The position numbers were made by a program, and so were the translations under genes. Shown here piece by piece: positions 1 to 10,119 of a stretch of DNA of 64,000 nucleotides. The notes beneath the pieces are model-generated. The model made no database searches. It saw only the letters and a program-made list of their open reading frames with translations, and was not told the DNA's origin. Where the stretch lies: the NCBI GenBank assembly GCA_963791705.1, contig CAWBTO010000002.1, positions 85,885 through 149,884 on the forward strand, in the 5' to 3' direction. This DNA comes from Terriglobia bacterium. GTDB lineage: Bacteria; Acidobacteriota; Terriglobia; Acidiferrales; UBA7541. Within the stretch, counting starts at the first letter, position 1, and the number at the start of each line of letters is the position of its first letter.

Positions 1-1029
1 CCGCTGGCGCGCAAGCTGGCGGAGTGGTCGGGACTGGACCGCGTGTTCTTCGCCAATAGCGGCTCGGAGGCCGTCGAGGGCGCGCTGAAACTGGCGCGTG
101 CGCACGCGCACGGGAAGGTTTCCGCAAGCGGCGCGCCGAAGACGCGCATCCTGGCGCTGGAAAATTCCTTTCACGGGCGCACCATGGGAGCGCTTTCCAT
201 CACGCACACGCAGAAATACCGCGAGCCGTTCGCCCCGCTCATCCCCGGCGTGGAATTTGTCCGTTTCAACGACGTGGCCGATCTCGAAGCGAAGTTTGAC
301 GACACGGTCTGCGCCGTGGTGGTCGAAGTGATTCAAGGAGAGGGCGGCGTTGTTCCGCTGAGCGAGGCATTCTGGCAGCGCGCGCGCGCCCTGGCCACCC
401 AACACGATGCCGCGCTGATTGCGGACGAAATCCAGAGCGGCCTGGGGCGCACGGGCCGGAAGTTCGCCTATCAGAAATTCGGCTCGCTTCCGGATGTGGT
501 CACCATTGCGAAGCCGCTGGCGGCGGGCCTTCCGCTCGGCGCGTTCCTCGCGAGCGAGCGGTTCGCCTCCGCGCTGACGCCGGGGCTGCACGGCTCAACG
601 TTCGGCGGCGGGCCGCTGGTCTGCGCGGTGGCGCTCGAATTCCTGACTGTGGTCGAGGAAGAGGGTTTGCTGGCAAACGTGCGCGCCCGCGGCGCGGAGC
701 TTCGCGCCGGGCTCGAGAAGCTCGCGGCGCGGCATGAGTTCATCCGCGAGGTGCGCGGCGAGGGACTGATCCTGGGCATCGACCTGTCCATCGAAGGCGC
801 GCCGTTCGTCAAGGAAGCGCTGCGCCGCAGCCTGCTGATCAACTGCACGCACGACCATATTTTGCGGCTGCTCCCGCCGTTTATCATCCGTTCGCGGGAC
901 GTGGCCGAGTTCCTGAAGAAATTCGAGGCCGTGCTGAAGCGCGCGGCCAAGTCCGCGGCCGCCGCCTCTTCGCGGGGCGCCCAGTCCGCGGCGCAGGCGC
1001 AGCCCATCGCTCGGGCTGCGGCGAGGTGA
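1..1029 (+). CDS. argD: acetylornithine aminotransferase (class III PLP aminotransferase); 5' end lies outside the window
   Basis: Frame 1 is open from nt 1 (PLARKLAEWSGLDRVFFANSGSEAVEGALKLAR...). Motifs DEIQSGLGRTG and TFGGGPL are present. Followed directly by argF/argG/argH. Confidence 0.9.
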   Translation, partial: PLARKLAEWSGLDRVFFANSGSEAVEGALKLARAHAHGKVSASGAPKTRILALENSFHGRTMGALSITHTQKYREPFAPLIPGVEFVRFNDVADLEAKFDDTVCAVVVEVIQGEGGVVPLSEAFWQRARALATQHDAALIADEIQSGLGRTGRKFAYQKFGSLPDVVTIAKPLAAGLPLGAFLASERFASALTPGLHGSTFGGGPLVCAVALEFLTVVEEEGLLANVRARGAELRAGLEKLAARHEFIREVRGEGLILGIDLSIEGAPFVKEALRRSLLINCTHDHILRLLPPFIIRSRDVAEFLKKFEAVLKRAAKSAAAASSRGAQSAAQAQPIARAAAR

Positions 1030-1031
1030 TT

Positions 1032-1973
1032 ATGAACGCCGTAGCGACACCCACGGCCTTGAAACACGATCTGCTCACCGGCGCGGAGTGGACTCCCGCG
1101 CAATTGCGCGGCTTTTTCCAACTGGCGGCGCAGATCAAGACGCATCCGGACCGGTACCGCAGCGCGCTGGCCGGCCGCGTGCTGACCATGATCTTCGAAA
1201 AGCCCTCGCTGCGCACGCGCGTGACGTTCGAGACCGGCATCGCCAATCTGGGCGGCACGTCCATCTTTCTCGACCACACGGCCTCGCGGCTGGGCGAGCG
1301 CGAACCCATTCGCGACATCGCCAAGAATATGGAACGCTGGGTGCAGGGCATCATCGCGCGCGTGTTTGCCCAGGAAGCGCTCGACGAGCTGGCGCGCAAC
1401 GCCAACGTTCCGGTGATCAATGCGCTGTCGGACAAGTTTCATCCCTGCCAGGCGCTGGCGGATTTCTTCACGCTCGAGGAGCGCTTCGGCGGGCTCCGCG
1501 GGCTCAAACTGGCCTACGTGGGCGACGGCAACAATATGTGCCACTCGCTTCTGGTCACGGGCGCGCGCTGCGGAGCGCACGTGCGCGTGGCCACGCCCGA
1601 AGGCTACGAGCCGGACGCCGCGATTGTGGCCGAGGCCAAGCGCGTCGCGCGCGAAACCCGCGGCAAGATCGAAATTCTGCGCGCGCCGGAAGAGGCCGTG
1701 GCCGGGGCGCAAGCGGTCTATACCGACGTCTGGGCGAGCATGGGACAGGAGAGCGAAACCGCCAAGCGCGAGGTTACCTTCGCCGCCTATCAGGTGAATA
1801 AAGCGCTGTTCGCGCAGGCCGCCCGGGATGCGGTCTTCCTGCACTGCCTGCCCGCGCACCGGGGACTGGAAGTCACGGCGGGCGTCATCGACTCGCCCCA
1901 CTCGATTATTTACGACCAAGCGGAGAATCGCCTGCACGTGCAGAAGGCGATCCTGCACACCCTGCTCACTTAA
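1032..1973 (+). CDS. argF: ornithine carbamoyltransferase
   Basis: ATG 1032 follows GAGG (1023-1026); GTG 1026 is an alternative start. Carbamoyltransferase motifs [17 protein letters not shown] and HCLPAHRG. Start region overlaps the argD stop. Confidence 0.92.
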   Translation: MNAVATPTALKHDLLTGAEWTPAQLRGFFQLAAQIKTHPDRYRSALAGRVLTMIFEKPSLRTRVTFETGIANLGGTSIFLDHTASRLGEREPIRDIAKNMERWVQGIIARVFAQEALDELARNANVPVINALSDKFHPCQALADFFTLEERFGGLRGLKLAYVGDGNNMCHSLLVTGARCGAHVRVATPEGYEPDAAIVAEAKRVARETRGKIEILRAPEEAVAGAQAVYTDVWASMGQESETAKREVTFAAYQVNKALFAQAARDAVFLHCLPAHRGLEVTAGVIDSPHSIIYDQAENRLHVQKAILHTLLT

Positions 1974-1983
1974 GGAGAAGCCG

Positions 1984-3180
1984 TTGCCCAAGAAAGTGGT
2001 TTTGGCATATTCGGGAGGGCTGGACACCTCCATCATCATTCCGTGGCTCAAGGAAAACTACGGCGGCTGCGAAGTGATCGCCATGATCGGCGATCTCGGC
2101 CAGCGCGAGGACCTCGAGGCCGCGAACAGGAAAGCCCTGGCCACCGGCGCCAGCGCCTCTTACATCGAGGATCTGCGCGAGGAATTCGTCACGGGGTATA
2201 TCTGGCCGACGCTGCGCGCCGGCGCCGTCTACGAGCACAAATATCTGCTCGGCACTTCCTTTGCGCGCCCGCTGCTGGCCAAGCGGCAGGTCGAGCTGGC
2301 GAAAAAAGTCGGGGCCGATGCGCTGGCCCACGGCTGCACGGGGAAAGGCAACGACCAGGTGCGGTTCGAGCTGGCCGCCAAGGCCCTGGGGCCCGAACTG
2401 ACCATCATCGCGCCGTGGCGCGAATGGAAAATTTCCTCGCGGGAAGAGGCCATCGCCTACGCCCAGTCGCACCACATCCCGGTCGAGCAGACCAAGAAGA
2501 ATATTTACAGCCGCGACCGCAACGTGTGGCACTTGAGCCATGAAGGCGGCGTTCTGGAAGATCCCGCGAACGCCCCGGATGAGGCCATGTGGCAATGGGT
2601 CACTTCGCCCGCCAAGGCGCCCGATCAGCCCGCGACGGTCGAGATCGGCTTCGAAGCGGGAACTCCCATATCGGTGAACGGCAAGAAGCTGGCTCCGCTG
2701 GCGCTGCTGGAGCAGTTGAACGACGTCGCGGCGGCCAACGGCGTGGGGCGCATGGACATTGTCGAGAACCGCCTCGTGGGGATCAAATCGCGCGGCGCCT
2801 ACGAGACGCCCGGCGGAACGCTGCTCGTCGCCGCGCACCGCGAGCTGGAATCGCTGTGCCTGGACCGCGAGACGGCGCATTACCAGCAGATGCTTTCGCT
2901 GCGCTACGCGGAGATGGTGTACTACGGCATGTGGTTCACGCCGCTGCGCGAATCGCTCGACGCGTTCTTCACCCATTCGCAGCGCCGCGTCACCGGCTCG
3001 GTCACGCTTTCGCTGTTCAAGGGCAACGTCAATGTGGCGTCGCGCCAGTCGCCCTACTCGCTCTACCGCACCAACCTGGCCAGCTTCAGCATGGCCGGCT
3101 ACAACCCCAAGGACGCCGAAGGCTTCATCAATCTCTTCGCGCTTCCCATCACCGTGCCCATCGAGGCAACCCCGCGATGA
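1984..3180 (+). CDS. argG: argininosuccinate synthase
   Basis: TTG 1984 is preceded by AAGGAG (1972-1977). PP-loop AYSGGLDTS and a full-length ArgG-like translation. The upstream part of ORF 1828 overlaps argF and was discarded. Confidence 0.92.
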   Translation: MPKKVVLAYSGGLDTSIIIPWLKENYGGCEVIAMIGDLGQREDLEAANRKALATGASASYIEDLREEFVTGYIWPTLRAGAVYEHKYLLGTSFARPLLAKRQVELAKKVGADALAHGCTGKGNDQVRFELAAKALGPELTIIAPWREWKISSREEAIAYAQSHHIPVEQTKKNIYSRDRNVWHLSHEGGVLEDPANAPDEAMWQWVTSPAKAPDQPATVEIGFEAGTPISVNGKKLAPLALLEQLNDVAAANGVGRMDIVENRLVGIKSRGAYETPGGTLLVAAHRELESLCLDRETAHYQQMLSLRYAEMVYYGMWFTPLRESLDAFFTHSQRRVTGSVTLSLFKGNVNVASRQSPYSLYRTNLASFSMAGYNPKDAEGFINLFALPITVPIEATPR

Positions 3181-4583
3181 CCACAGGCGGCGCAAAAATG
3201 TGGGGCGGCCGTTTCGAACGCCCCCCCGACGCTTCGTTCTACGAGTTCGAGCGTTCGTGGCAATACGATCGCCGGCTTCTGCCGCAGGAGCTGGCGCTGG
3301 ACCGCGCCTGGGCGCGCGCCATTGCCGCCGCGGGAATTCTGACGCAGGAGGAGTGCCGGCGCATTGTGGCCGCGCTCGACGAGATCGAGACCCGTGCGCA
3401 GTCGGACGCCGCCTGGCTTGACGCCTCGGACGCGGAAGACGTTCATCATTTCGCCGAAACCGCGCTGATCGAGAAGCTCGGCCCGCTCGGCGCGAAGCTG
3501 CACACGGGGCGCAGCCGCAACGAAATGGTGGCCACCGAATTCCGGATGTACGTCAAGGAAGCGGCGGGCGAGATGCGCCGCGCCGTCGCCACGCTGATGC
3601 GCGCCGTCGCCTCGCAAGCCGAGCGCCATCTCGGCGTGCCCATGCCCGGCACCACCCATATGCAGCATGCCCAGCCGCTGCTGCTGTCCCACTGGATTCT
3701 CGCGCATGGCCACGCCTTTGAACGCGATGCAGAACGCCTGGCGGCCGCGGCGGCGCGTGCCGATGTCTGCCCGCTGGGCTCGGGCGCGCTGACGGGCTGC
3801 GCGTTTCCCATCGACCGGAAGGCGCTGGCGCGCGACCTCGGCTTTTCGCGGATCTCGGCCAATAGCGTTGATGCCGTCAGCGACCGCGACTTCGCCCTCG
3901 AGGCGCTGTTCGCCCTGGCGACGCTCGCCACGCACTTGTCGCGGCTGGCCGAGGACATGGTTCTGTTCGCCACGCCCGAATTCGGATTTATCGATCTGCC
4001 CGACGAATATTCCACGGGCAGCAGCCTGATGCCGCAGAAAAAGAATCCCGATGCCTGGGAATTGATTCGCGGCAAGACGGGCCGGATGTACGGCGCGCTG
4101 GTTTCGGTGTTCACCACCTGCAAGGGACTGCCGACCAGTTACCAGCGCGACCTGCAGGAAGACAAGGAACCGTTTTTCGCGGCCTACGATCAGGCCCTGG
4201 CGATGACGCAGATTGCCGCGGCGACGCTGGCGGCCACCGGCTTCCGCGTGGAACGGCTTCGCGAGGCGGCGCAAGATCCCGCACTGGTGGCTACCGAAGT
4301 CGCCGATTATCTGGTGGCGCAGGATATTCCTTTCCGCGAGGCGCATGAGATCGTCGGGAAGCTGCTGCGCGCGGCCGAGCAGGATGGAAAATCCCTTCGC
4401 GAGCTGCCGCTGGAGCGGTTGCGGGAGTTTTCGCCCGTGTTCGGCCGGGAAGTCGAAACCGTGCTGACGCTGGAATCGGCGCTGGCCCGGCGCGGCATTG
4501 CCGGCGGAACGGCTCCCGGGGCGGTGCGTGCCGCGCTCAAGGAGTTTCAGTCCCGGTTGGCGAAGCTCGAGGAGAACCCATGA
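3177..4583 (+). CDS. argH: argininosuccinate lyase
   Basis: ATG 3177 overlaps the argG stop (ATGA). N-terminus [13 protein letters not shown]. Fumarate-lyase signature [12 protein letters not shown]. Confidence 0.93.
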   Translation: MTTGGAKMWGGRFERPPDASFYEFERSWQYDRRLLPQELALDRAWARAIAAAGILTQEECRRIVAALDEIETRAQSDAAWLDASDAEDVHHFAETALIEKLGPLGAKLHTGRSRNEMVATEFRMYVKEAAGEMRRAVATLMRAVASQAERHLGVPMPGTTHMQHAQPLLLSHWILAHGHAFERDAERLAAAAARADVCPLGSGALTGCAFPIDRKALARDLGFSRISANSVDAVSDRDFALEALFALATLATHLSRLAEDMVLFATPEFGFIDLPDEYSTGSSLMPQKKNPDAWELIRGKTGRMYGALVSVFTTCKGLPTSYQRDLQEDKEPFFAAYDQALAMTQIAAATLAATGFRVERLREAAQDPALVATEVADYLVAQDIPFREAHEIVGKLLRAAEQDGKSLRELPLERLREFSPVFGREVETVLTLESALARRGIAGGTAPGAVRAALKEFQSRLAKLEENP

Positions 4584-5092
4584 GGGCGCGCAAAGCCAGA
4601 AGGGCGGACGCCGGCGCGATTCACCGGCTGATCACGCACTATGCGGCGCAAGGGCTGCTGTTGCCGCGCGGGGAAGAGGAGATTCGCCGGGACATCGGCC
4701 ATTTTCTGGTCGTCGAGGAAAAGGGCCAGGTGACCAGTTGCGTGGCGCTGGAAAGCTATGGCCCCACGCTCGCCGAAGTTCGCTCGCTGGCCGTGGAGCC
4801 CGGGAATCACGGGCGCGGCGCCGGCTCGCAACTGATCGAATTTGCGTTTGCCGAGGCGCGCCGCCGGGGCATTGCTCAGCTCTTCGCCCTCACGCACGCT
4901 CCGGAGTTTTTCCAGCGCCACGGGTTTGAGACCGTGCGGCGCCAGTCGCTCACGCAAAAGACCGAGCGCGATTGCCGCGCGTGCCCCAAGCGGCGGGCGT
5001 GCAAACTCGTGGCCGTCATCGCCACGGTTATTCCCGAGTGCGTCGCGGCGTCGGCGGTGGGCGCTCCGGCAAGACATGCGGTGGCCGTATGA
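4580..5092 (+). CDS. GNAT family N-acetyltransferase, short-form N-acetylglutamate synthase-like
   Basis: ATGA overlaps with argH upstream and argJ downstream. GNAT core LAVEPGNHGRGAGSQLIEFAFAEARRRG...FFQRHGF. Size (170 aa) and layout resemble single-domain NAGS enzymes as I recall them. Confidence 0.7.
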   Translation: MRARKARRADAGAIHRLITHYAAQGLLLPRGEEEIRRDIGHFLVVEEKGQVTSCVALESYGPTLAEVRSLAVEPGNHGRGAGSQLIEFAFAEARRRGIAQLFALTHAPEFFQRHGFETVRRQSLTQKTERDCRACPKRRACKLVAVIATVIPECVAASAVGAPARHAVAV

Positions 5093-6307
5093 ACTCGCAC
5101 CTTTCCGCTTCGGATGTCCCCCGGGGATTCACTTTTGCCGCCACGCACTGCGGCTTGAAGAGGTCGCGGCTCGATCTGGGCATTCTGATCAGCGAGACGC
5201 CCGCGGCGGCCGCCGCGGTCTTCACGACGAACCGCGTGGTGGCGGCGCCGGTGATCGCCTCGCGCGAACATTTGCGGAAGGCGCGGCACAAGATGCGCGG
5301 CGTGATCGTCAACTCCGGCAACGCGAACTGCTGCACCCGCGAGGACGGCTATCCCGCTTCGGTGGCCACCGCCAGCAAGCTGGCCGCGGAGATGGGAGGC
5401 CTGGACCGCACGCAGTTTCTGGTCTGTTCGACCGGGGTGATCGGCGCGCCGCTGCGCGTCGAGAAGATTCTGCGAGGCCGTTCCGGATTTGGTGGGCGCG
5501 CGCAGCGCGGATTCGGGCGCGTTCGAGGAATTCGCCCGCGCCATCATGACCACGGATACGCGCCCGAAGTGGGCCAAGGCGCAGTGCCGCATCGGCGGAA
5601 AACCGGTGCGGGTGCTTGGATGCGCCAAAGGCTCGGGGATGATTCATCCGAACATGGCCACGATGCTGGCGTTTCTGGCCACCGATGCCGCCATCTCGCC
5701 CGCGCTGCTTTCGCGCGCGCTGCGCGCGGCGGTGGGGCCGACGTTCAATTCCATCACCGTCGATGGCGACACCTCGACCAACGACACCGTGACGGTGCTG
5801 GCCAACGGCCAATCCGGCGCGCCGGCCATCGAGGGCGTGAAAAGCGCCGGCTACAAAAGTTTTTGCGCCGCGCTGCAAGAGGTCTGCCGCTCGCTGGCGC
5901 TGGCGATTGTCGAGGATGGCGAAGGCGCGCAGCGCGTGATTGAGATCGAAGTCCACGGGGCGCCTTCGGACCGCGCCGCCAGCCAGCTGGCCCGCACGGT
6001 GGCGAATTCGCCGCTGGTGAAGACCGCGTTTGCCGGCGCGGACCCCAACTGGGGACGCATCCTGGCGGCCGCGGGGCGTTCCGGAGTACACTTCGATCCG
6101 GCGCGCACCAACATCTCCATCGCGGGGATTCCCGTATGCCGTGGCGGCCGCGAGCACACCTTCGACGAAGCCGCCACGCACGAAAAGATGCTCGAGAAAT
6201 ACGTGACCGTCCGCCTCGATCTGCATTCCGGCCGCGGCTCGGCCCGCGTCTGGACCTGCGACTTCACGCAGGAATACATCCACATCAACGCCAGCTACCG
6301 GACCTAG
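5089..6307 (+). pseudogene. argJ: bifunctional ornithine acetyltransferase/N-acetylglutamate synthase ArgJ; frame interrupted by one extra base near nt 5473 (true frameshift or assembly error)
   Basis: Frame 1 gives MNSHLSASDVPRGFTFAATHCGLK...VIGAPLRVEKIL. Frame 2 continues EAVPDLVGARSADSGAFEEFARAIMTTDTRPK...HPNMATMLAFLATDA...INASYRT. The junction reads att ctg C gag gcc. Confidence 0.85.
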
Positions 6308-6576
6308 CGCGGCGGATCGAGTTCCGCTCGAAGGACAATTACCCTTCCGTGAAGATGTGTCTGAGCAAATCTCCGGACGGGCGCGCGTTCTTGCGGGAAC
6401 GACACGGTACGAACGGCAAGGTTGACTGCGGGGGCCAGTTGCAGCAAGATGCTCGTGAGCTGCTGGAGCGCGCGCTTCAGCCTCGAGTGGCCGGCGCATT
6501 GCTGACTGCCCGCGGCCGGGATCCTGCCTCTTCAGCCTCGCAGACGCGCCCTCATGCAAATGGGGGCGCAAGGAGC

Positions 6577-6966
6577 ATGACCGTGAAGAAACTGTACGTC
6601 GGTAATCTTTCGTTCAAGGCTACGGAAGAGCAGGTGCAGGCTTTGTTTACGGAAATCGGGTCACAGCCGGATTCTCTCACTCTGCTGCGCGATCGCTTTA
6701 CCGGGCAACCGCGCGGCTTCGGATTCGCGGAGTTCCACGACGATGCGGAAGCGGAAAAGGCGATTGCCGCTCTCAACGGCAAGGACTTTCTCGGCCGCGC
6801 CCTGGTGGTCAACGAAGCGCGGCCGCAGCGTGAAGGCGGTGGAGCGGGCGGTGGTGGCGGACGCGGAGGCCGGGGCGGGGGCGGTGGAGGCGGCGGACGC
6901 GGCGGCCATGGTGGCGGTGGCGGGCGCGGCGGGCGCGGCGATTACGGCGGCGGGCGCGATCGGTAA
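6577..6966 (+). CDS. RRM-type RNA-binding protein with Gly/Arg-rich C-terminal tail
   Basis: ATG 6577 follows AAGGAG (6570-6575). RNP motifs KLYVGNLSF and RGFGFAEF. The tail is GGGAGGGGGRGGRGGGGGGGGRGGHGGGGGRGGRGDYGGGRDR. Confidence 0.85.
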   Translation: MTVKKLYVGNLSFKATEEQVQALFTEIGSQPDSLTLLRDRFTGQPRGFGFAEFHDDAEAEKAIAALNGKDFLGRALVVNEARPQREGGGAGGGGGRGGRGGGGGGGGRGGHGGGGGRGGRGDYGGGRDR

Positions 6967-7087
6967 GCTCTCCTTCCTACTTCTCACCGTATTGTAACGG
7001 CGCAGAGCCTTGTTTGGCGGGGCTATGCGGGGTCATGCGCACGGCTGCAAAGAGCCGCAGGCGCGTGGGCGTGTGTGGGCTGCGCGT

Positions 7088-8341
7088 TCACGCTATGGCG
7101 GTGTGCTGCCGATCGGCCCGCACCAGCGGCTTCGGCTCGGTGGCTTCCACTCGCCCTTCCGCGTAAGAAAACCTCTCGATGGTGGTTCCGCGAAGACCCA
7201 GCTGGATCAGCGAGGCGACGTCGAGCTGGGCTTCGGCTTCCGCGAGTTCGGCCGGGCGCGCTGAAAGTTCGGGCGTGCGCGGCATAAACACGGGACAGCA
7301 ATCGTGGAAGGGCTCCGAGGAAATATCGTACGTCCCGATTTTGCGCGCCGTTTCGATAATGTCCATTTTATCGGCGCCGATCAGCGGGCGAAACACGGGC
7401 ATGCGCGCGGCGGCATCCACGGCCACCAGATTGCGCAGGGTCTGCGAAGCTACCTGCCCCAGGCTGTCTCCGGTGACCAGCGCCAGGGCGTGATCGCGCC
7501 CCGCCAGGACTTCGGCGATACGCAGCATCATCCTGCGGTAGAGCAAAATACGCACGCCTTCCGGCGCGAACTGGACGATATTGCGCTGAATGGCCTCGAA
7601 GGGCACGCGGTAGAGCTTGGCGCGGAATTGATAGGGCACTAGCGCGCGCACCAGGCCGCTGGCCACGTGCAGCGAGGATTCTCCCGGCTCGGCGCCCGTA
7701 CCGTAAAAGTGGATGAAGCTCAGATGCGCGCCGCGCTTCATCATGTGATAGGCCGCCACGGCGGAATCGTACCCGCCTGAGAGCAGGCAGGCCAGACGCC
7801 CGGCGGTGTTGGCCGGCAAACCTCCCGGCCCCGGGATTTTCCGCGCGTAGACCAGCAGCGGCCCGGGGGTGACTTCGATGCGGCAGGTCAGCTCGGGGTC
7901 TTTCAATTGCACGCGGACGTCGCGGCCCTGCGCGCGGAGCTGTTCCAGCAGGTGGCGCCCCACGGTGGATTCGATTTCGGTGACCGGGTGGGGGAAGGAT
8001 TTGTCGCTGCGCTTGGCGCGCACGGCGAAGTTGGCGAAGCGCAGCGGGGAGACTTCGTCCCAGGCGGCGCGGCAGAGCGATTCCATATCGCGCGCGACGG
8101 GATGGGCCACGGCGTAGTAGGCCACGCCGAGCACGCGCTGGACGCGCCGGACGGCCTCTTCGACTGAGGCGCCCTCGCCCAGGCGCACCACGAAGCGGTC
8201 GCCGGGCTGCTCGATGCGCTCGACGGGAACTCCGCCGAGGCTCTGGCGCAGCGCGGTGAACAGCTTGCCGAGAAAAAATCTGCGGTTGCCGCCCTTGAGC
8301 CACAGCTCGTGGTAGTGGACGACGATGACCGGATTGCTCAT
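7088..8341 (-). CDS. thiI: tRNA 4-thiouridine synthase ThiI (THUMP + PP-loop ATPase)
   Basis: 417-aa ORF. N-terminus VVHYHELWLKGGNRRFF. PP-loop LLSGGYDSAVAA. Confidence 0.85.
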   Translation of the reverse strand: MSNPVIVVHYHELWLKGGNRRFFLGKLFTALRQSLGGVPVERIEQPGDRFVVRLGEGASVEEAVRRVQRVLGVAYYAVAHPVARDMESLCRAAWDEVSPLRFANFAVRAKRSDKSFPHPVTEIESTVGRHLLEQLRAQGRDVRVQLKDPELTCRIEVTPGPLLVYARKIPGPGGLPANTAGRLACLLSGGYDSAVAAYHMMKRGAHLSFIHFYGTGAEPGESSLHVASGLVRALVPYQFRAKLYRVPFEAIQRNIVQFAPEGVRILLYRRMMLRIAEVLAGRDHALALVTGDSLGQVASQTLRNLVAVDAAARMPVFRPLIGADKMDIIETARKIGTYDISSEPFHDCCPVFMPRTPELSARPAELAEAEAQLDVASLIQLGLRGTTIERFSYAEGRVEATEPKPLVRADRQHTAIA

Positions 8342-8671
8342 GCGGATTTCTCGCGGTTCACATAGCCTCGTAACATGCGGTCCCTACGATCTGGATCGGC
8401 TTTCAGAAAGTATAGCAGCCGCGCGCCGGGGCGCGTAGCGCGTTCGAGTTGGTAAGGGCCCGGCGGCGAGGCGCGGCGCGCGGTGGCAGGAAGGACAGGA
8501 CCGGTACTGACTGGATACACGCGCGGTACGACAGCGACTTTTGCTTGCCTCCGGGGTTACAATCGGCACCGTTCCTGTACGGAGCGCAGTGGGGCCCCCG
8601 GCAAGCGGATTTCTTGCTACCCGAATCGCTTTGGGCGCATCCAATGGGCTCAGGGCGCAGGGGAGGACACG

Positions 8672-8938
8672 ATGTGGAGCCGGCGAGACTGGCACAGTTT
8701 TTTCGATGTGGTGAGGAAGCGGCACATGCCGCGTCCGCTGCGCCCGGTGGACCGTTCGTGGCGCAATCGCCTGGAACCCGCCGAAGGCTACAGCCTTGCT
8801 GAGCTCGATGATGCCGGCCTGACCATCGAACAAGCCGAAAACCTCGGCTTGCCCGTGGACGCCGGACGCGTGGGAGCCTACGGCCCGAACGTTTCCGCGT
8901 TGCGGCAATACATCCGCGCCACGCGCTCGCGCTTCTAG
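8672..8938 (+). CDS. small hypothetical protein with eL13 (ribosomal protein L13e)-like segment
   Basis: ATG 8672 lies 5 nt after GGAGG (8662-8666). GYSLAELDDAGLTIEQAENLGLPVDAGRVGAYGPNVSALRQYI parallels the eL13 core G-F-S-L-E-E-L..A-G-I....A..I-G-I-.-V-D...NV..L..Y recalled from memory. Confidence 0.5.
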   Translation: MWSRRDWHSFFDVVRKRHMPRPLRPVDRSWRNRLEPAEGYSLAELDDAGLTIEQAENLGLPVDAGRVGAYGPNVSALRQYIRATRSRF

Positions 8939-9103
8939 GTTGGTTTTTGTCGCGCCGCGCTCCGCGGCGCTTTTGCGCCGAACCGGCCTTTCGCCGAATT
9001 CCCTCCGATGGCCGGCCCCTTTTCGTGGGGCCTCCCAAAACCGGTTGCACTCCGCGAGAGAAGGCTTTAATTTAGGGTTTCTCTCCAGCGCAAGGAAGGC
9101 AGC

Positions 9104-10119
9104 GTGAAGAAAAAGATTCGCGTGGTGCAATTTGGAGTGGGGCCGATCGGCGCCTCGATTGTCCGCTTGCTGCGGCAGAAGTCCTCGGTGGAGATTGCGG
9201 GGGCCATTGACCGCGATCCGGGCAAGGCCGGGCGGGACCTGGGCGAAGTCGTGGGCGCGCCGGACGCCCCGTGGGGCATCGCGCTTTCGGCGCGGGCGCC
9301 CGCCGTGCTGGACAAGCAGGTGGACGTCGTCATCCACACGACTTCCTCGCATCTCCCGCATGTCATGGACGAGCTGCTCGCGTGCCTCGCGGCGGGTTGC
9401 TGCGTGGTTTCGACCTGCGAGGAGCTGGCCTACCCGTTCCGCAAGTATCCCGAGCTTTCCGCGCAGCTCGACGCCGCCGCCAAGGAGGAAGGCGTGGCGC
9501 TGGTGGGCACGGGCGTCAATCCGGGATTCGTCATGGACAAGCTGGTGCTGGTGCTCTCGGCCGCGACGCAGCGCGTCGACTCGGTCCGGGCGGTGCGCAT
9601 CGTGGACGCTTCGAAGCGCCGCCTGCCGTTGCAGAAGAAGATCGGCGCGGGCATGACGCCCGAGGAATTCCGCGAGCAGGTCGCCGCCGGCATCATCAAG
9701 CATCACGGCTTGCCGGAATCGGTGGCGATGGTTGCCGATAGCCTCGGCTTCGGCGGTCGACGACATTTCCGAGACCATCGAGCCGGTGATCGCCGAGGAG
9801 AAGATCAAGACGCCGTTCCTCGAGGTCGCGCCGGGGCGCGTCGCCGGCGTGCATCAGATCGCGCGCGGCACCGCCGCCGGAGAAGAGAAGATTTTCATGG
9901 AGCTGCAGATGTACGTCGGCGCGAAGAATCCCGCCGACACGGTCGAGTTGCGCGGCGAGCCCAATCTCGACGCTCACCATCCCCGGAGGCACGCACGGAG
10001 ACATCGCCACCGCCGCCATCGCCGTCAACGCCATTCCGTCCATCCTCGCTGCCCCCGCCGGCCTGCGCACGGTGCGCGATCTCCCGCTGGCGCTGTTCCC
10101 GCCCGGCCCGCTCGCCTGA
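9104..10119 (+). pseudogene. DapB-N-like NAD(P)-binding oxidoreductase (2,4-diaminopentanoate / amine dehydrogenase-like family); frame broken twice by single extra bases (about nt 9752-9755 and 9972)
   Basis: Rossmann N-terminus KIRVVQFGVGPIGASIVRLL. The translation continues across three frames: ...ESVAMVADSLGF / VDDISETIEPVIAEEKIKTPFLEVAPGRVAGVHQIARG...RGEPNLD / LTIPGGTHGDIATAAIAVNAIPSILAAPAGLRTVRDLP, ending at TGA 10117-10119. Confidence 0.7.

Noticed and set aside
471-2051. 526-aa minus-strand ORF opposite argD/argF. Similar long antisense ORFs lie at 1966-3195 and 3099-4346.
   Set aside because: The translations are Arg/Gly/Ala/Pro-rich and low complexity with no recognisable domains. 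The opposite strand encodes textbook ArgD/F/G/H. These are typical shadow ORFs of high-GC DNA.
5465-5480. Programmed ribosomal frameshifting as the explanation for the six frame breaks (argJ, 9104-10119 x2, typA x2, coaD).
   Set aside because: I see no slippery heptamer, no in-frame stop or internal SD stimulator of the prfB type, and no downstream pseudoknot-like structure at any site. The affected families are not known to use recoding. Assembly error or true mutation is more parsimonious.
6136-6576. N-terminal 147-aa extension of the RRM protein ORF.
   Set aside because: The extension is Arg/Pro-rich with no similarity to anything, and it overlaps the argJ 3' end. A perfect AAGGAG-N1-ATG at 6577 starts the RRM domain.
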